Source: Hemiscyllium ocellatum
Lineage: Eukaryota
Reading direction: 5' to 3'
DNA: 64,000 nt
Assembly (NCBI RefSeq): GCF_020745735.1
Contig: NC_083402.1
Location: 8,508,004 to 8,572,003, forward strand
Both the position numbers and the translations under genes were made by a program. The first letter of the stretch is position 1, and every line of letters starts with the position of its first letter. Positions 11,599-25,233 of this stretch are shown here, one piece after another. Under the pieces are notes generated by a model that had not been told where the DNA came from, ran no database searches, and was given only the letters and a program-made list of their open reading frames with translations.

Positions 11599-11799
11599 CT
11601 ATAAAATGGAAGGAACAATGTTGGTCAGCCATATCTCAAACCTGGGACATGCTTCTCATTCAGGCATCCTCCAGATTGAACCACTTGGTGGTGCTCCTGT
11701 GTATTGGAATAAACAGGCCCCTGAAACAAAGACAATTCAAAGGAATCTTGGTCCCGAGCAGCTTTCATCCCTCATCTGCTGAAATAACACTCCACATTG

Positions 11800-13920
11800 G
11801 AGACCGGTTAGGGTAATTGTTTCTCAGAGTACAGGTTCCTTTGAGTACCTTAGGTACCAAGGTCACACTGTATATGTACATGGACTTGATGACACCACAC
11901 CTGGAATATTGTATGCAGTTTTGGTCTCCTTATCTAAGGAAGGATGTTCTGCTCATGGAGGGAGTGCAATGAAGGTTGACCAGACTGATTCCTGGGATTG
12001 CAGAACTGACATATCAGGAGAGACTGGATCAATTAAGGCTATATTCATTGAGGTTTTGAAGAATAAAGGATACTTCACTGAAATGTCTAAAATTCTGACA
12101 GGAGTAAACAAGATAAATGTGGAACAGATGATCCTGATGACCAGGGAATCCAGAACCAGGAGTCACACTCTAATGATATGGGGTAGCCATTTAGGACTGA
12201 GATGAGGAGAAATTTCTTCATCCAGAGAGTGGGAAGCCTGTGGAATTCTCTGCCATAGAAAATGGCTGAAGCCAAAACATTGAGTGTTTTCATGAAGGAG
12301 TTAGATACAGTTTTTAGGGTTAAAAGTCCTCAAAAGAAATTGGGAAAAAAGTACAAGGTTGCATGATTGGCCATGATCATATTGAAGAAAGGAGCATTCT
12401 CGAAGGGCCAAATGGCTCACTCCTGTTTCAAATTTTCTATGTTCCTCAGGAGAGTGCAGCCAGACACAGTTTGGTGGCTCATCAGATGGCGAAGCTGTAC
12501 AGGAGTGTGAGTGGTAGGAAAAAGAATGGAAGAGCAAAAGTGATAATGAATTTCATAGTCAGGGATCAGACAGGAGCTTCTGTGGCCCTCAGTAAGCCTT
12601 CAGGATGACATGCTGTCTCAATGGTGCCAGGGGAATGAATTTCATGAAACAGCTATTGGATATTTTGATTCTTCATTGTTGTTCTTTACATTCTGCCCAA
12701 TTTTCAGACCTGCCACCTACCTTTGTGGAATTAGATGCTTTTTCTTTCATGTTGATGTTGCCTTTAATCTTTCTGGTTAAACATGCTTGAACAGCACAGA
12801 GGAGATTTACAAGAATCTTGTAAGGACTTGAAAAATGCAGGTATCGGGAAAAACGAGTTAGGCTCGTGTTTATTTTCCTTAGAACAGAGGAGGCTGAGGA
12901 GTGGCTTAATTGAGATGTAGAAAATAATGAGGGGCTTGTGTAGAGTGAACAGAGACCTGTTTCTTCTAGCAGAGAGATCAGAAGGCCACTGATTTAAACT
13001 GACTGACAGAAGTGTTAGCAGGGACGTGAGGGAGACTTCTTTCCCCCAGAGAGTGATAGGTCATCGAGCCATAGGGATGTACAGCATGGAAACAGACCCT
13101 TCGGTCCAACCCGTCCATGCTGACCAGATATCCCAACCCAATCTAGTCCCCCCCCCCCCCCGCCAGCACCCAGCCCATACCCCTACAAACACTTCCTATT
13201 CATATACCCATCTAAATGCCTTTTAAATATTGCAACTGTACCAGCCTCCATCACTTCCTCTGGCAGCTCATTCCATACACGTACCACCCTCTGCGTGAAA
13301 ACGTTGCCCCTTAGGTCCCTTTCATATCTTTATCCTCTCAACCTAAACCAATGCCTCTAGTTCTGAGCTCCCTCCCCCCCACCCGAAAAGACTGTGCCTA
13401 TTTATCCTATCCATGCTACTCATAATTTTGTAAATCTCTATAATGTCACCCCTCAACCTCCGATGCTGCAGGGAAAACAGCCCCAGTCTACTCAGCCTCT
13501 CCCTATAGCTCAAACCCTCCAACCCTGGCCACATCCTTGTAAATCTTTTCTGAACCCTTTCAAGTTCCACAACATCTTTCCCATAGGAAGGAGAACAGAA
13601 TTGCAAACAATATTCCAACAGTCGCCTAATCAATGTCCTGTACACCCGTAACATGACCTCCCAACTCCTGTACTCAATACTCTGACCAATAAAGGACTGC
13701 ATACCAAACACCTTCTTCACTATCCTACTTACCTGTAACTCCACTTTCAAGGAGCTATGAACCTGTGCTCCAAGGTCTCTTTGTTCAGCAACATTCCCTA
13801 GGACCTTACCATTAAGTGTATACGTCCTGCTAAGATTTGCATTCCCAAAATGCAGCACCTCACATTGATCAGAATTAAACTCCATCTGCCACTTCTCAGT
13901 ACATTGGCCCATCTAATCAA
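11800..13920. mobile_element. Cluster of CR1 LINE 3' fragments (plus 11800-13060, minus 13060-13920)
   Basis: ORF 13343-13912 reads KWQMEFN..RDLG..LEYC.QFCSP, a typical CR1 RT C-terminus. Confidence 0.8.
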
Positions 13921-15424
13921 GGTCTTTGAAACTCGGTACCCAGTTTGGTGATGGAGGCAGAAACCCTCATTTAAAAGGAACCTGGATCTGCTTCTGAATC
14001 ACTGGAATGTGCCAGGATACACACCAGCAGCTGGACAGTGGGAATAGAATGGATGGCTAGTTTATTCAGCTGGCACAGACACAATGGGCTGAATAGCCTC
14101 TTAATGTTTCTATCATTACATTTGCCTCCAGCACTCCAAAACGCAGTACAATCCACATTCAAACCAGCATCTGGATAAAATAATTTTCCATTGGATTTAT
14201 TAATGTCTCCTAAATTTACAGTCCCTAGTTATGGGCACTCTTTGTCTACTCTATTAAACCTTAAAACTCTATATTAGGGCAACTTTCAGTCTTCTCTCTT
14301 CTCAAAGTGACAGCATGTGCATCTTTAATATTTATTGTTAGGTAGAGCTTCTAGTTCTAAACAATTTTTGGGTGTGTTGTATCATATCTACATCTGATTT
14401 ATATCAGGAGATAGCACTCACAGAGTAGGCAAATACCAGAATTACAATTTTAAACAAATTCTCTCCACTCCCTTTGCTGCTGCTTTTCCTCAGCTCTTTG
14501 CATTGTTCCCCTCTCCTCTCCACACCTCTCTCCTCTTCCCTCACCTCTCCACATAGTTCACACACCTCCAATCTCTCCTCACATCTCTGCTCAGCTCTCT
14601 GAGCTACATCCTACTGCTGTTCTCATTTCTCCCCTCACTGGTGTCCATTACTCCCCTCACCTTTCCACTCTAGTCGCCTAAATCCTCACCTCCCTGCGTT
14701 GCTCCCCATGCCTCAAATTTCTCCTCACACTTCCCTTCAGTTCTCCGCTCTCCTCATTGCTCCCCTTGCCTCTCCTCACTCTCCCCTTGCCTGTCCACGC
14801 TCCTCCCTCACCTCTCCATTTCCTCATTGTTCTTCTCACCTTAGATCTCTGCACATTCATTCTACCCCTCAACTCTTCACTTTCCATGATCACCTCATCT
14901 CACTGTTCCCCTCAGCTCTCTACTGTCCTCACCTTTTCGCTTGCCAACCTGCTCACCCCTTGTTGGGAAAGTCAATGCACTTTGGTTAATCTTTCAGTGA
15001 TTTCAATCATTTTATGTCCTGTTGCTATGATCCAATCAAATTTGAATTGTAAAGTATAATCTTTGATTCAGGGATACCACTATTTAATGACTGGTGTTGT
15101 GTGTGCACCCTCTGCAGTTACACAGTGGCAAATACAGTTACAGATTTCCCAGAATTGTCAAGTAACTGAAGAGGGACATTTCTACCCTGAGAAAAATGTC
15201 CACAAAGCCAGCCTGGAGATATTACCCCTTTGGCTTTACCCCTGTCTTTCCTCAGCTCTCCTTCCCTTCTTGCTTTGCAGAAGATGGATGTTCTCAGAGG
15301 TATGGGATCCTCGGAAATGCCAAGTGGAATTTTGCAATTTTGCAACAGTAAAGATGACCATTCTTAACTGGAGCAATCTAATTAGTCCCTCTCCCCTACC
15401 CTTCTCCACAGATCTGTAATTTCC

Positions 15425-17281
15425 TCTGTAATTATTGCAACAAGGTGGACCTCATAGAATCTAAGTTCCCTGATTCGGGCTGTTAATCTGGACCAATCAG
15501 GGAGACCAGGCTGACAGATATAAGCTGGAGTGATCTGGGGTGGAGGGTGTTGCACGCAGCGGTCCCCTGTAACTGCAGATTGTGTTGGCTCACAGACTCC
15601 TAGCCCAACTGCTTGTTCTGTGGTGCTGTGAAGTCCGTGAACCACGTATATATTGGGTGTGGGCATTTACACTCCCTTTTTGTTTTTCTTAAAAACCTCC
15701 TCCTCTGCTTTTGGTTGCATTCAGTCCCACACTTCTGATCTTCGGGCACCCGGTATGGAGGAGGGAGGGCAGGTCTGAAGACCTCCTCGTGGGTCTGCTC
15801 CTGGGCCTGGCCGAACTGGCCATAAACAGGTCCAGGCAGCGGGCCGTGGAGGGGGTCGTTAGGGCCGACTGCCTGCCCCTCTTCCGCGGTTACGTTAGGG
15901 CCCGGGTGTCCTTGGAGAAGGAGCACGCGGTGTCCACCAACACCCTGGAGTTGTTCAGGGAGACGTGGGCGCCGCAGGGAGTGGAGTGCATCATTTCCCC
16001 CTCCAACTCTATTTTGATTTAGTCCCTGCCCTCCCCTTCACTGTTTTGATCACACAGCATTGCCCTTTCATGTGAAGGGCACTGCTCGTCACAGGCCACT
16101 CGGGTGTTTTCCTACTTTTCCTGGTGGTGGAAATTAAATAAAGATTTGTGCACTTTATGTCTCTCACTGTGTCTCACAGCTGCACATACACGCCATGGGT
16201 GCTGGGGTTAAAAATAATAAGCACTACCGCAGTTAGGTGGTAGTGTGGGGGTTAAAAGAAAAGAAAAAAAGAAAAAGAAAAAAAAAAAATCAGGAGTGCC
16301 CGATCAGGCAGCATTGCCCTCTGAGAAGGGCACTGCTTGTCACTGGCCACTCGAAAAAAAAAATAAGCTGGAGTGATCTGGGGTGGAGGGTGTTGCACGC
16401 AGCGGTCCCCTGTAACTGCAGATTGTGTTGGTTCACAGACTCCTAGCCCAACTGCTTGTTCTGTGGTGCTGTGAAGTCCGTGAACCACGTATATATTGGG
16501 TGTGGGCATTTACACTCCCTTTTTGTTTTTCTTAAAAACCTCCTCCTCTGCTTTTGGTTGCATTCAGTCCCACGCTTCTGATCTTCGGGCACCCGGTATG
16601 GAGGAGGGAGGGCAGGTCTGAAGACCTCCTCGTGGGTCTGCTCCTGGGCCTGGCCAAACTGGCCATAAACAGGTCAGCGGGCCGTGGAGGGGGTCGTTAG
16701 GGCCAACTGCCTGCCCCTCTTCCACGGTTATGTTAGAGCCCGGGTGTCCTTGGAGAAGGAGCACGCAATGTCCACCAACAACTCCCTGAGTTGTTCAGGG
16801 AGAGGTGGGCACCGCAGGGAGTGGAATGAATTATTTCCCCCTCCAACCCTATTTTGATTTAATCCTGCCCTCCCCTTCACTGTTTGATCACGCAGCATTG
16901 CCCTTTAATGTGAAGGGCACTGCTTGTCACTGGCACTCGGGTGTTTCCTTTCTTCCTGGTGGCAGAAATTTGAATAAGGATTCATGCACCTTGTGTCATT
17001 CACTGTGTCTCACACCTGCACACATACAACATGGGTGCTGGGGAAAATATAAGCACTACTGCAGTTAGGCGGGTGTGGGGGGGTAATGGAAAAAGAAAAA
17101 GAAAAAGAAAAACTAGGAGTGTCGGGGAAAAAAGAAAAACAAAAAAAAAGCTGGAGTGTTGCAGGTTCTGTCACACTGGGAGCTGATTCTGAATGAGGCA
17201 GTACTAGAGACATGGACTCTTCATGTGTAAATAAAGGGTGACTAGGTAATGAATACCAGCCTCTGTGGAGTTATTTTAATA
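15425..17281 (+). mobile_element. Short LTR-like element split by Tx1 insertions (halves about 15425-15532 and 17159-17281)
   Basis: The halves rejoin into a ~250-nt element similar to an intact inverted copy at about 22993-23223. Confidence 0.65.
15533..17150 (+). mobile_element. Two tandem 5'-truncated Tx1/L1-clade LINE 3' ends
   Basis: zf-RVT-like CLFCGAVKSVNHVYIGC and ORF 15711-16022 (LLLGLAELAINRSR). A-rich tails. Target repeat aagctggagtg occurs three times. Confidence 0.8.
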
Positions 17282-17282
17282 G

Positions 17283-19130
17283 TGTGATGATACTCTAGCT
17301 TTAAGAGGTGTATTTTGTCCTATTTATTTTTATGAAGTGGGGATGAGACAGAGGTTTGAGTAGAGTCCTTCAAGCCAATAAAGTAAACTGCTTGTGAGGC
17401 CTTGGTTTCTTTTTTCTGAAGTTGAAACAATAAAAGCAGCCTGAATGGGTGTAGTCAAGTTTCCACAGAACCAGGACTTTTACTTTGCTTTTAGTAGCTG
17501 CTGGGGTTGTGAAACATCTCTCTCTCTTTTGGCTAAACCTAATAATTTGGGTTCTCTTCCTACTACTAGTATTGCATGTGACACAATCTATTTTAAAGAC
17601 GTTGCCTTTGTGCTAATGGGATGTTACTATATTTAAACATTTAATGAGTAGTTTATTATTTGTAAAGTATTTCAATCGAGCTACAGTAAAGCCAATACTT
17701 GTCTTTTATTTTTATTTTGTCTTTTTTTTAGCTGTAGTGAGTGAATAAAGTTTGTTTTGCTTCAAACCTGACTAATCGAATTGCAGCTGGAATGCAATGC
17801 CTGGCATTAACTGATAAAATAAGAGAAAATTACTATTCAGGCTACCTCCTTGACATATTTTCAGGGAGTTGGTCTGGTCCATAACAAATTGGGGGCTCTT
17901 AATTAGGATCAAAATCTTTAATTCTAGGATGGGATTTGGATTATAGGACTTAATGACAGCGACTGGTAAGCATCAGTGTTTTTTATTTCAAGTATTGAGT
18001 TTGGTTGGGTTAAGCAGGACTTGCCTTTAGATTAGATTAGACTTACAGTGTGGAAACAGGCCCTTCGGCCCAACAAGTCCACACCGACCCGCCGAAGCGC
18101 AACCCACCCATACATTTATCCCTTACCTAACACTACGGGCAATTTAGCTTGGCCAATTCACCTGACCCGCACATCTTTGGACTGTGGGAGGAAACCGGAG
18201 CACCCGGAGGAAACCCACGCAGACACGGGGAGAACGTGCAAACTCCACACAGTCAGTCGCCTGAGTCGGGAATTGAACCCGGGTCTACAGGCGCTGTGAG
18301 GCAGCAGTGCTAACCACTGTGCCACCGTGCCGCCCACTGTGCCACCGTGCCGCCCACTGTGCCACCGTGCCGCCTTGTGTCGTAATGGCTCTTTCAGTAG
18401 CCAAGCACTTCCTGGAGATGGAAGAAGTCACTTCAGGTGTTTACAGAAAATACGTAAGGCAAAACTTTCAGATTTGGAGTTGCCAATGTCTGTGAGGAAA
18501 AGAGAAATAATTGTGGCAATAGTGCAGCATTTACAATTGCCAGTAGTGCAATCAGAATAATTGGAAATGGCTAAAATAATTGAAAAGAAAAGGAAAGGAT
18601 GTCCCTTGCAGCAGGAAGGGAGGAAAAGAGAGAATAAAGGGGAAAGAGAGAGATTTTGAACTTCGGAGGTAGGAACTGAAAATTCAAAGTCAACTTAAAA
18701 TGGCAGAGGTAGAATGAAAGATAGAAGTAATGAAAAGGACAGTGATGGAAAGCAATCCCATTGTAGCCAAAGGCTTGGTAGGGATCTGTTTAAGTAAATG
18801 CAACCATTCCTTAATTTTGACGGGAAGGATGTTGAAGACTTGTTCATTTCATTTGAGAAAGTGGCTAAACAAATGAAATGACTGGTGACAATGTGGTTAT
18901 TGTTGATCCAAACAAAGTTGGTAGGTAAAGCTAGTGAAGTATGTGCATCACTATTAAGGTGGGTATCTGATTAGGTAAAATATGCCAGATTGAGTGCATA
19001 TGAGCCAGTACCAGAAGCCTACAGATAATGTTTTAGGAATCTAAGGAGGGAACCTGGTCAGATGTACATTGAGTTGAAAGGATCAAACAAATTAATTTTG
19101 ATAGGTGAAGAAGCACACTGAAAATAGATC
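17283..19130 (+). mobile_element. Gypsy LTR retrotransposon remnant: LTR 17283-17886, tRNA-Pro-like PBS, decayed gag
   Basis: TG...CA ends followed by tgggggctc. Gag-like FDGKDVEDLFISFEKVAKQMK and AYEPVPEAYR, with stops. Confidence 0.75.
18027..18375 (-). mobile_element. V-SINE with triplicated 20-nt 5' end
   Basis: ccactgtgccaccgtgccgc x3 at 18314-18373. Confidence 0.85.
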
Positions 19131-19619
19131 AAACACATGAGCACCAATAAGCCACCAAATGACATGACCAACTATCATTGGTATCCATACACACAGACGA
19201 AGAGAGACACCAGTTCGACTGCAACAATGCATCCATCCTGGGACAGTCTAAACAAAGATACGCTCAGGAATTCCTAAGGGCCTGGTATTCAAACCAGAAC
19301 TCCATTAACAAACATATCGATTTGGACACCATTTACCAACCTTTCAGATAAAGAACTGGAAGTGATATCACCCACTACAACAGACCAAGACAGATAAATA
19401 GAAAGCGGGACATAACACCAACATTTCATCGGAGGCTCACTGATGATACCCAGCACAGTGACAAAATGTCTGAGAACAAACCCACCAGCGCAGAGAGCAA
19501 ATTTACAACCTGATTCACAACCTGAGCTACAAATCTCAGATAAGCTTGTGAGGTATTTGCACCACAATCAAAGCAGGTTTCTGGGGACTATGATGAAGTG
19601 AAAAAGCCAAACAAAGTGC

Positions 19620-21085
19620 ATATCAGCTTTTACCAGAATCTGACTAATAACATTTCAGGAATCTCAGGAGGGAATCTGGTCACATTGGGGTAAGCATTCC
19701 TTATACCAAGCCTTTGTTTGGGAATCTTGCCTTGTATGATCCTACCATCCAGGACTGGGCCCAGTATGTAGGAAGAATGTGTTTGTTTTTTCTGGACAGA
19801 TGACATTGTGACAGATGAAAAGCAATGAGTAATTCTCCTGACAGCATGTGGAGCTGCAGCTTTTTCTGTTATTAGGAACCTAACTTTCCCTGAGGCGCCA
19901 GAGACCAAAACCTTTCAAGAATTGACAGACATAGTTAAGGAATATTACAATCCCAAGTCTCCTCTAATTTTATCGTTTTCACTCAGTAATTCAACAAACA
20001 GGGGAATCAGTGTCGGGTTGATTAGGTTGAGATGACTGGCAGAAGCATATGACTGGTTTTACTATTAATGAGGTGCTCAGAGATTGGTTGGTATGTGGGA
20101 TTAATGTTCCCACTGTATAAAAATGCTGACTAGTTAAAGCTCAACTGGACTTCACACAGACACTACAACTGGCTTTATTATTGGGAAATGTGGCAAGTGG
20201 AGCATATGAGTTGCTCATGGAACACAAACCCCTGTTTGGTCTGCTCAAGGAGGACGAGGCAGTGGTGCTTTTCACTTTGGGTCGCATTCAGTAATGGGCT
20301 CTAATACCAAATGGTGATAATCACAAGTTAGAATACTGTCTGGGGTACATTGGGCAGCCTCCCATTAGCAGATACAACGCTGATAGTATCCCCATTGGAA
20401 GAATTTGGAAGAGTCTTAAATTATCTGGACACGTTCCCAGTCACAGCTAACAATATCAGACTCTGGACACAGAATGATTCAATCCTTTCAAAATGAACCA
20501 ACTGGTGGTGATTGGGGAAATCAGAGGGCTGTCACTAATAGAAATGAAACATGTTTGGACCCAGACAGTAGAGAATGGTTATTGTTATAGAGTAGACAAG
20601 TGGGGGGGGGGGGGGGGCTGGAAGAACACAGCAAGCCAGGCAGCATCAGGAAGCAGCGAAGTCAATGTTTCGGGTGATTTCTCCACCTCCTGATGTTTCC
20701 TGGTTTGCTGCATCCTTCCAGGTTCCTGCTTGTCAATCTTGGATTCCAGCATTAGTAGCTTTTTTTTTATCTCTACCCAATATTGTTATGGGGAGCAGGG
20801 GGTGATTGTCCCAAGAAAAGGTTATGGCTCAATGCTGACTAAACACTACTAGGGTCATCGAGGAGTATCCAAAATGATAATGTCAGTGAAAGCTATGCCT
20901 GGTGGCCAGGTGTGGATGCATTAATGGGGCATTGCTCTGTGTGCCAACAAGGACAACAATTACTCCAGCAGCGCCCCCATACCCTTGGGAATGGGCTGGA
21001 TAAGCCTTAGACTCAGTTGTACACCAATTCTGCAGGTCCTGTGGAGAGAAACAGGATGAATGTTTTTGTCCAATGACTTTCACTA
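19620..21085 (+). mobile_element. Second Gypsy-type internal remnant (gag, RNase H and integrase pieces)
   Basis: Decayed YDPTIQDWAQYV..ILLTACGA..YYNPK, HKPLFGLLKED and PWEW motifs with large deletions. Confidence 0.65.
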
Positions 21086-21174
21086 GAAAACTAAATCATT
21101 AAAAGTTCAGAGAATTAGTTGCACCCTCACTGTCCACCATCTACAGAGTGAAGAATATGTGAATAGTTTCTTAC

Positions 21175-21525
21175 CAGGTATGATCTGTAGCTGAGTCTCT
21201 TTCTGGATCAGATACTGAGAATCAGGTTTTGACCTGTATTCCACCAGACACAGGTAAGTGTGATTGTCCCTCACACTCAGCTGGTTTATCCTGGTCGAGG
21301 CGTTTCCCTCGTCTGGGTTCCCAATGAGCTCGTACCGATTTCCACCGTGTCCAGTTGTCCAAGTTCCCTGTGATTGGGCTGTAAATGTAACGATGTGTTG
21401 GTAGGGCTCCTTCCTCATCCAAGTAACAGTGGTCAGGGTGTGGGAGTCCCAGCTCCTGAAGATACAGGGTAAAGTAACTGAATCTCCCTCTGTCCCAGTC
21501 ACCACTGAGACATTTCCCTGAGTAG
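21175..21525 (-). CDS. Exon 3: Ig V-set domain 2 (VTLPCIF..VTWMR..RYELIGNP..DNHTYLCLVE)
   Basis: 351 nt, phase 1-1. Acceptor tttgtccttcctcag; donor CTG|GTAAG. Conserved Cys/Trp/Cys and three N-x-S/T sequons (NVS, NAS, NHT). In frame with V1. Confidence 0.9.
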
Positions 21526-23759
21526 CTGAGGAAGGACAAACATCAGAATGGGTGAGGTCAATATGCAGACATTCTGGATTGGATTTGTTTCATTTATTTC
21601 ACCTTCACAATAAAATGAGTAGTTAAGAAAGTCTTATTGTGGTGCAGTGATAGTATCCCTAACACTAGATAGGGAAGTCTGGATTCAAGTCCCACCTGCT
21701 CCAGGTATTATAGAAGATTATAAAATCACTGCAGTGCGAAAAGAGGCCATTCAGCCCATCGAGTCTGCACCAACTGTCTGAAGAGCAATCCATTCACGTG
21801 TAGAACTCCACCCAATTCCAATAACCTCACATGGTTAATAACCATGGTTAATTCGCCTGGTCTGCACATCCCTGGACACTACGAGGCAATTTCCCATGGT
21901 CAATCTACCTCACCTGCACATCTTTTGACTTGGGAAGCAACTGGAGCATCCAGCAGAAACCCATACAGACATGGGGAGAACGTGTTAACTCCATACAGTC
22001 CCCAAGGCTAGAATCGAACCCAGGCCCCTCGTGCTGTGAGGCAGCAATGCCACAGGTTGATCAGAAAACTGATTAATTTTTTTTTAAATGAGTAGTTGAG
22101 AACTCCATTATTATTTATCATATGTTATAGAAAATATCAGCAAAACTAACCCATTCAATCCACTGTCCCATTCAATGTGAACATGCCTGATCACTCAACT
22201 CAGAAACCTGTTCCCGCCTTCTCTTTATGCCCTTTGATTCCTTTAGCCCTAAGAACTATACCTAACTCCTTCTTAAAACATTCAATATTTTGACCTCCCC
22301 ACTTTCTGTGTTTGAGAATTCCACAGCCTCAGCACACCCTGAGTGGAGATTTTTCTCCTCACTTCAGTCCGAATTGCCCTATGCCGTATCCTTAGACTGT
22401 GATCCCTGGTTCTAAACTTTTCAGTTATCGGGAACATCTTTCCGCATTTACTCTGCCTACTCCTGTAATCTATCTTTTCACCTCAGTCCTGCCATTCCAG
22501 AAGTCAGTCTATGTTGCACTCCCTCTGTGGTCAGAACTTCCTTCCTCAGATAAGGAAATCAAAACTGCACTCAATGCTCCAGGTGCAGTTTCACCAAAGC
22601 TCAATACACCTATAGCAAGACATCCCTGCTCCTGTATTCAAATCCTTTCATTATGCAGTACAGCCTGCTACACTGGCATGCTTACTTTCAGTGACTGGTG
22701 TACAAGGACACTCAACTCTCATTGCACTTCTTCCCAGTCTGTCACCACTCGTATAAACTGCCGTCCTGTTTTGCTACCACAGTGGATGACCTCACATTTA
22801 TCCACATGGTACTTCATCTGCCATGCACCTGCCCACTCATTTAACTTGTCCAAATCACACTAAAACATTTCTGCCTTCTCTTCACAGTTCAGCCTCCCAC
22901 CCATCGTTATGCTGTCGGAAAATGTGGAGGTATGGCATGTAGTTTCCTTATCTGAATGATTAATATATCTTGTGAAGAGCTAAGGTCCATACTGAAATAA
23001 CTCCAGAGAGGCAGGTATCCCATCACCAAGTCACCCTGTACTCACACGTGGAGAGTCCTTGACACTGATCCAGGTCCCTCAGAGCCAGCTCTCAGAGTGA
23101 ACCTCTGACACGCCTGTTTATGTCTGTCAGCCAGGACTCCCTGATTGCACCATATTAACTGCCTCAATCTGGGAACTCATATTCTATAAGGTCCGCCTGG
23201 CTGAACTCCTTATGATCACTGCATTGATCGCTGTGGTGCCCCACTAGTCAAAGGCTGCTACTCAAATAAAAGCCCAATCTAATCATAATTTGTTGTTTCC
23301 TGTCTGCCAAAAGAGGTGATGGCCTAATAGAATTATTGCTAGGCTATTAATCCTGAGACCTCAGGTAATGCTCAGGGGATCTGGTTTTTGATTCCTGCCA
23401 TTGCAGATGGTGATATTTTAATCCAATAAAAAACTGGAATTAAGAGTTTAATGATGACCATGAAATCATTTCTTTGTACAAATTCACTGGCACGTTTACT
23501 GCAATACAAGTTCAGAACTATTTCACTGCTTGTGAAGTGCTGAGTCGTGCAAATTATATGTTAGAAACTTCATTTATCGTATGTGGCATCATTTGTTTAG
23601 AAAGGATTTCATGTTCATCCTAAACAACTACATAGCATTTCAGAGGACAGTTAGAATTAACTACATTGCTGTGGGTCTGGAGTCACAAGTAGGCCAGAAC
23701 AGGTAAGGAAGGGAGATTTCCTTCCCTAAAAGACATCAGTGAACCTAATTGGTTTTTAT

Positions 23760-24540
23760 GGGTGAAAGTGAGGACTGCAGATGTTGGAGATCAGAGTCTA
23801 AATTAGAGTGGTGCTAGAAAAGCACAGCAGATTAGGCAGCATCCGAGCAGCAGGGAAATCAACGTTTCGGACAAAAGCCCTTCATCAGGAAAGAGGCAGG
23901 GAGCTTCTGGGGTGGAGAGATAAAAGGGATGGTGGTGGGGCTGGAGAGAAGGTAGCTAAGAGTATAATAGGTAGGTGGAAGTGGGGTTGAAGGTGATAGG
24001 TCGGACAGGAGGGTGAAGCAGATTGGTGGGAAAGAACATTAGCATGTAGGACAGGTCATGAGGATGGTGCTGAACTGGCAGGTTGGAATTGGGGTAAAGT
24101 GGTGGGGTGGGGAGATGAGGAAACTGGTGAAGTCCACATTGATGCCCTGGGTTTGAAGTGTTCTGAGGCAGAAGATCAGGCGTTCTTCCTCCAGGCGTCG
24201 GGTGGTCAGGGATCGGCGGTGGAGAAGGCCTAGGACAGAGTGGGAGGGGGAGTTGAAATGTTTGGCCATGGGGCGGTGGGTCTGATTGGTGTGGGTGCCC
24301 CGGAGATGTTAGTTAAAGCGCTCTGCGAGAAGGCGTCCAGTCTCCCCAGTGTAAAGGAGACCGCATTGGGAGCAATGGATACAATAAATGACATTGGTGG
24401 ATGTGCAGGTGAATCTTCGATGGATGTGGAAGGCTCCTTTGGGGCCTTGGATGGAGGTGAGGGAAGAGGTGTGGGTGCAAGTTTTGCAATTTTTACGGTG
24501 GCAGGGATTGGTTTTTACGATAATCGATGATAGTTTCATG
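23760..24540 (-). mobile_element. PLE 3' fragment (GIY-YIG and hammerhead-like core)
   Basis: ORFs 24039-24269 and 24309-24596 are GIY-YIG-like. Confidence 0.8.
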
Positions 24541-24549
24541 ATCACTATC

Positions 24550-25145
24550 GCTTGATTTATTGATTTGATTTGATTTATTGTTGTCACATGTTCCAATTTG
24601 TTTTGTGTGCTCTACAGGCAGATCGTGCCATGCAAGCTGCATCACGTAGTAGAACTTAGTGCAGAATACATTCCTCCAGCACAGTGAGGGAGCAAGGAAA
24701 GAGACAGTGAGACCAACATTAACATTTGGACCTCCATTCAAATGTCTGATAACAGCAGGGAAGAAGCTGTTGTTGAATCTGTTCATACATGTATTGAAAT
24801 GTTTACATCTTCTGCCCAATGTAACCAAAGTGGGAGGGGTCATTGATTATGTTGGTTGCTTCCTGTGGCACTGAGGAGTATAGATGGGGTCAGTGGATGG
24901 AAGGCCAGTTTGTGTGATGGGTTGGACTATGTTAACGACTCTCTGTAGTTTCTTGTGGTCTTGGGAAAGCAGTTACCATGTCATGCTTTCTGAGATGTTT
25001 CTTATGTTGCATTAATTAAAAATTAGTCTGAGTATTTGTGGAAATGCTGAATTTCCTTAGCCTTCTGAGGAAGTAAAGATATTGCTATGCTTTCTTGTCA
25101 CTTGCATCAAAATTAGTAGACCAGGACAGATTGTTAGTAATTGTC
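24550..25145 (-). mobile_element. Rex1/Babar-type LINE 3' fragment (second copy about 40540-41110)
   Basis: RFNNSFFPAVIRHLN and SLFHTLLPSGTSYKSLNTHTNRFKN C-terminal motifs. Confidence 0.6.
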
Positions 25146-25233
25146 ACTCCCAGAAACTAGACATTCAGATCAGGTAGAGCATGGCCCCATTGAGCTGTCA
25201 GGGCAGCAACACCATCCAAACATTGTTCCTCAC

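Noticed and set aside
14400-15420. Pyrimidine-rich low-complexity stretch with several overlapping ORFs as a stalk or C-domain exon
   Set aside because: It has no Ig motifs or phase-compatible splice sites. It is more consistent with a decayed minus-strand Gypsy gag-like region.
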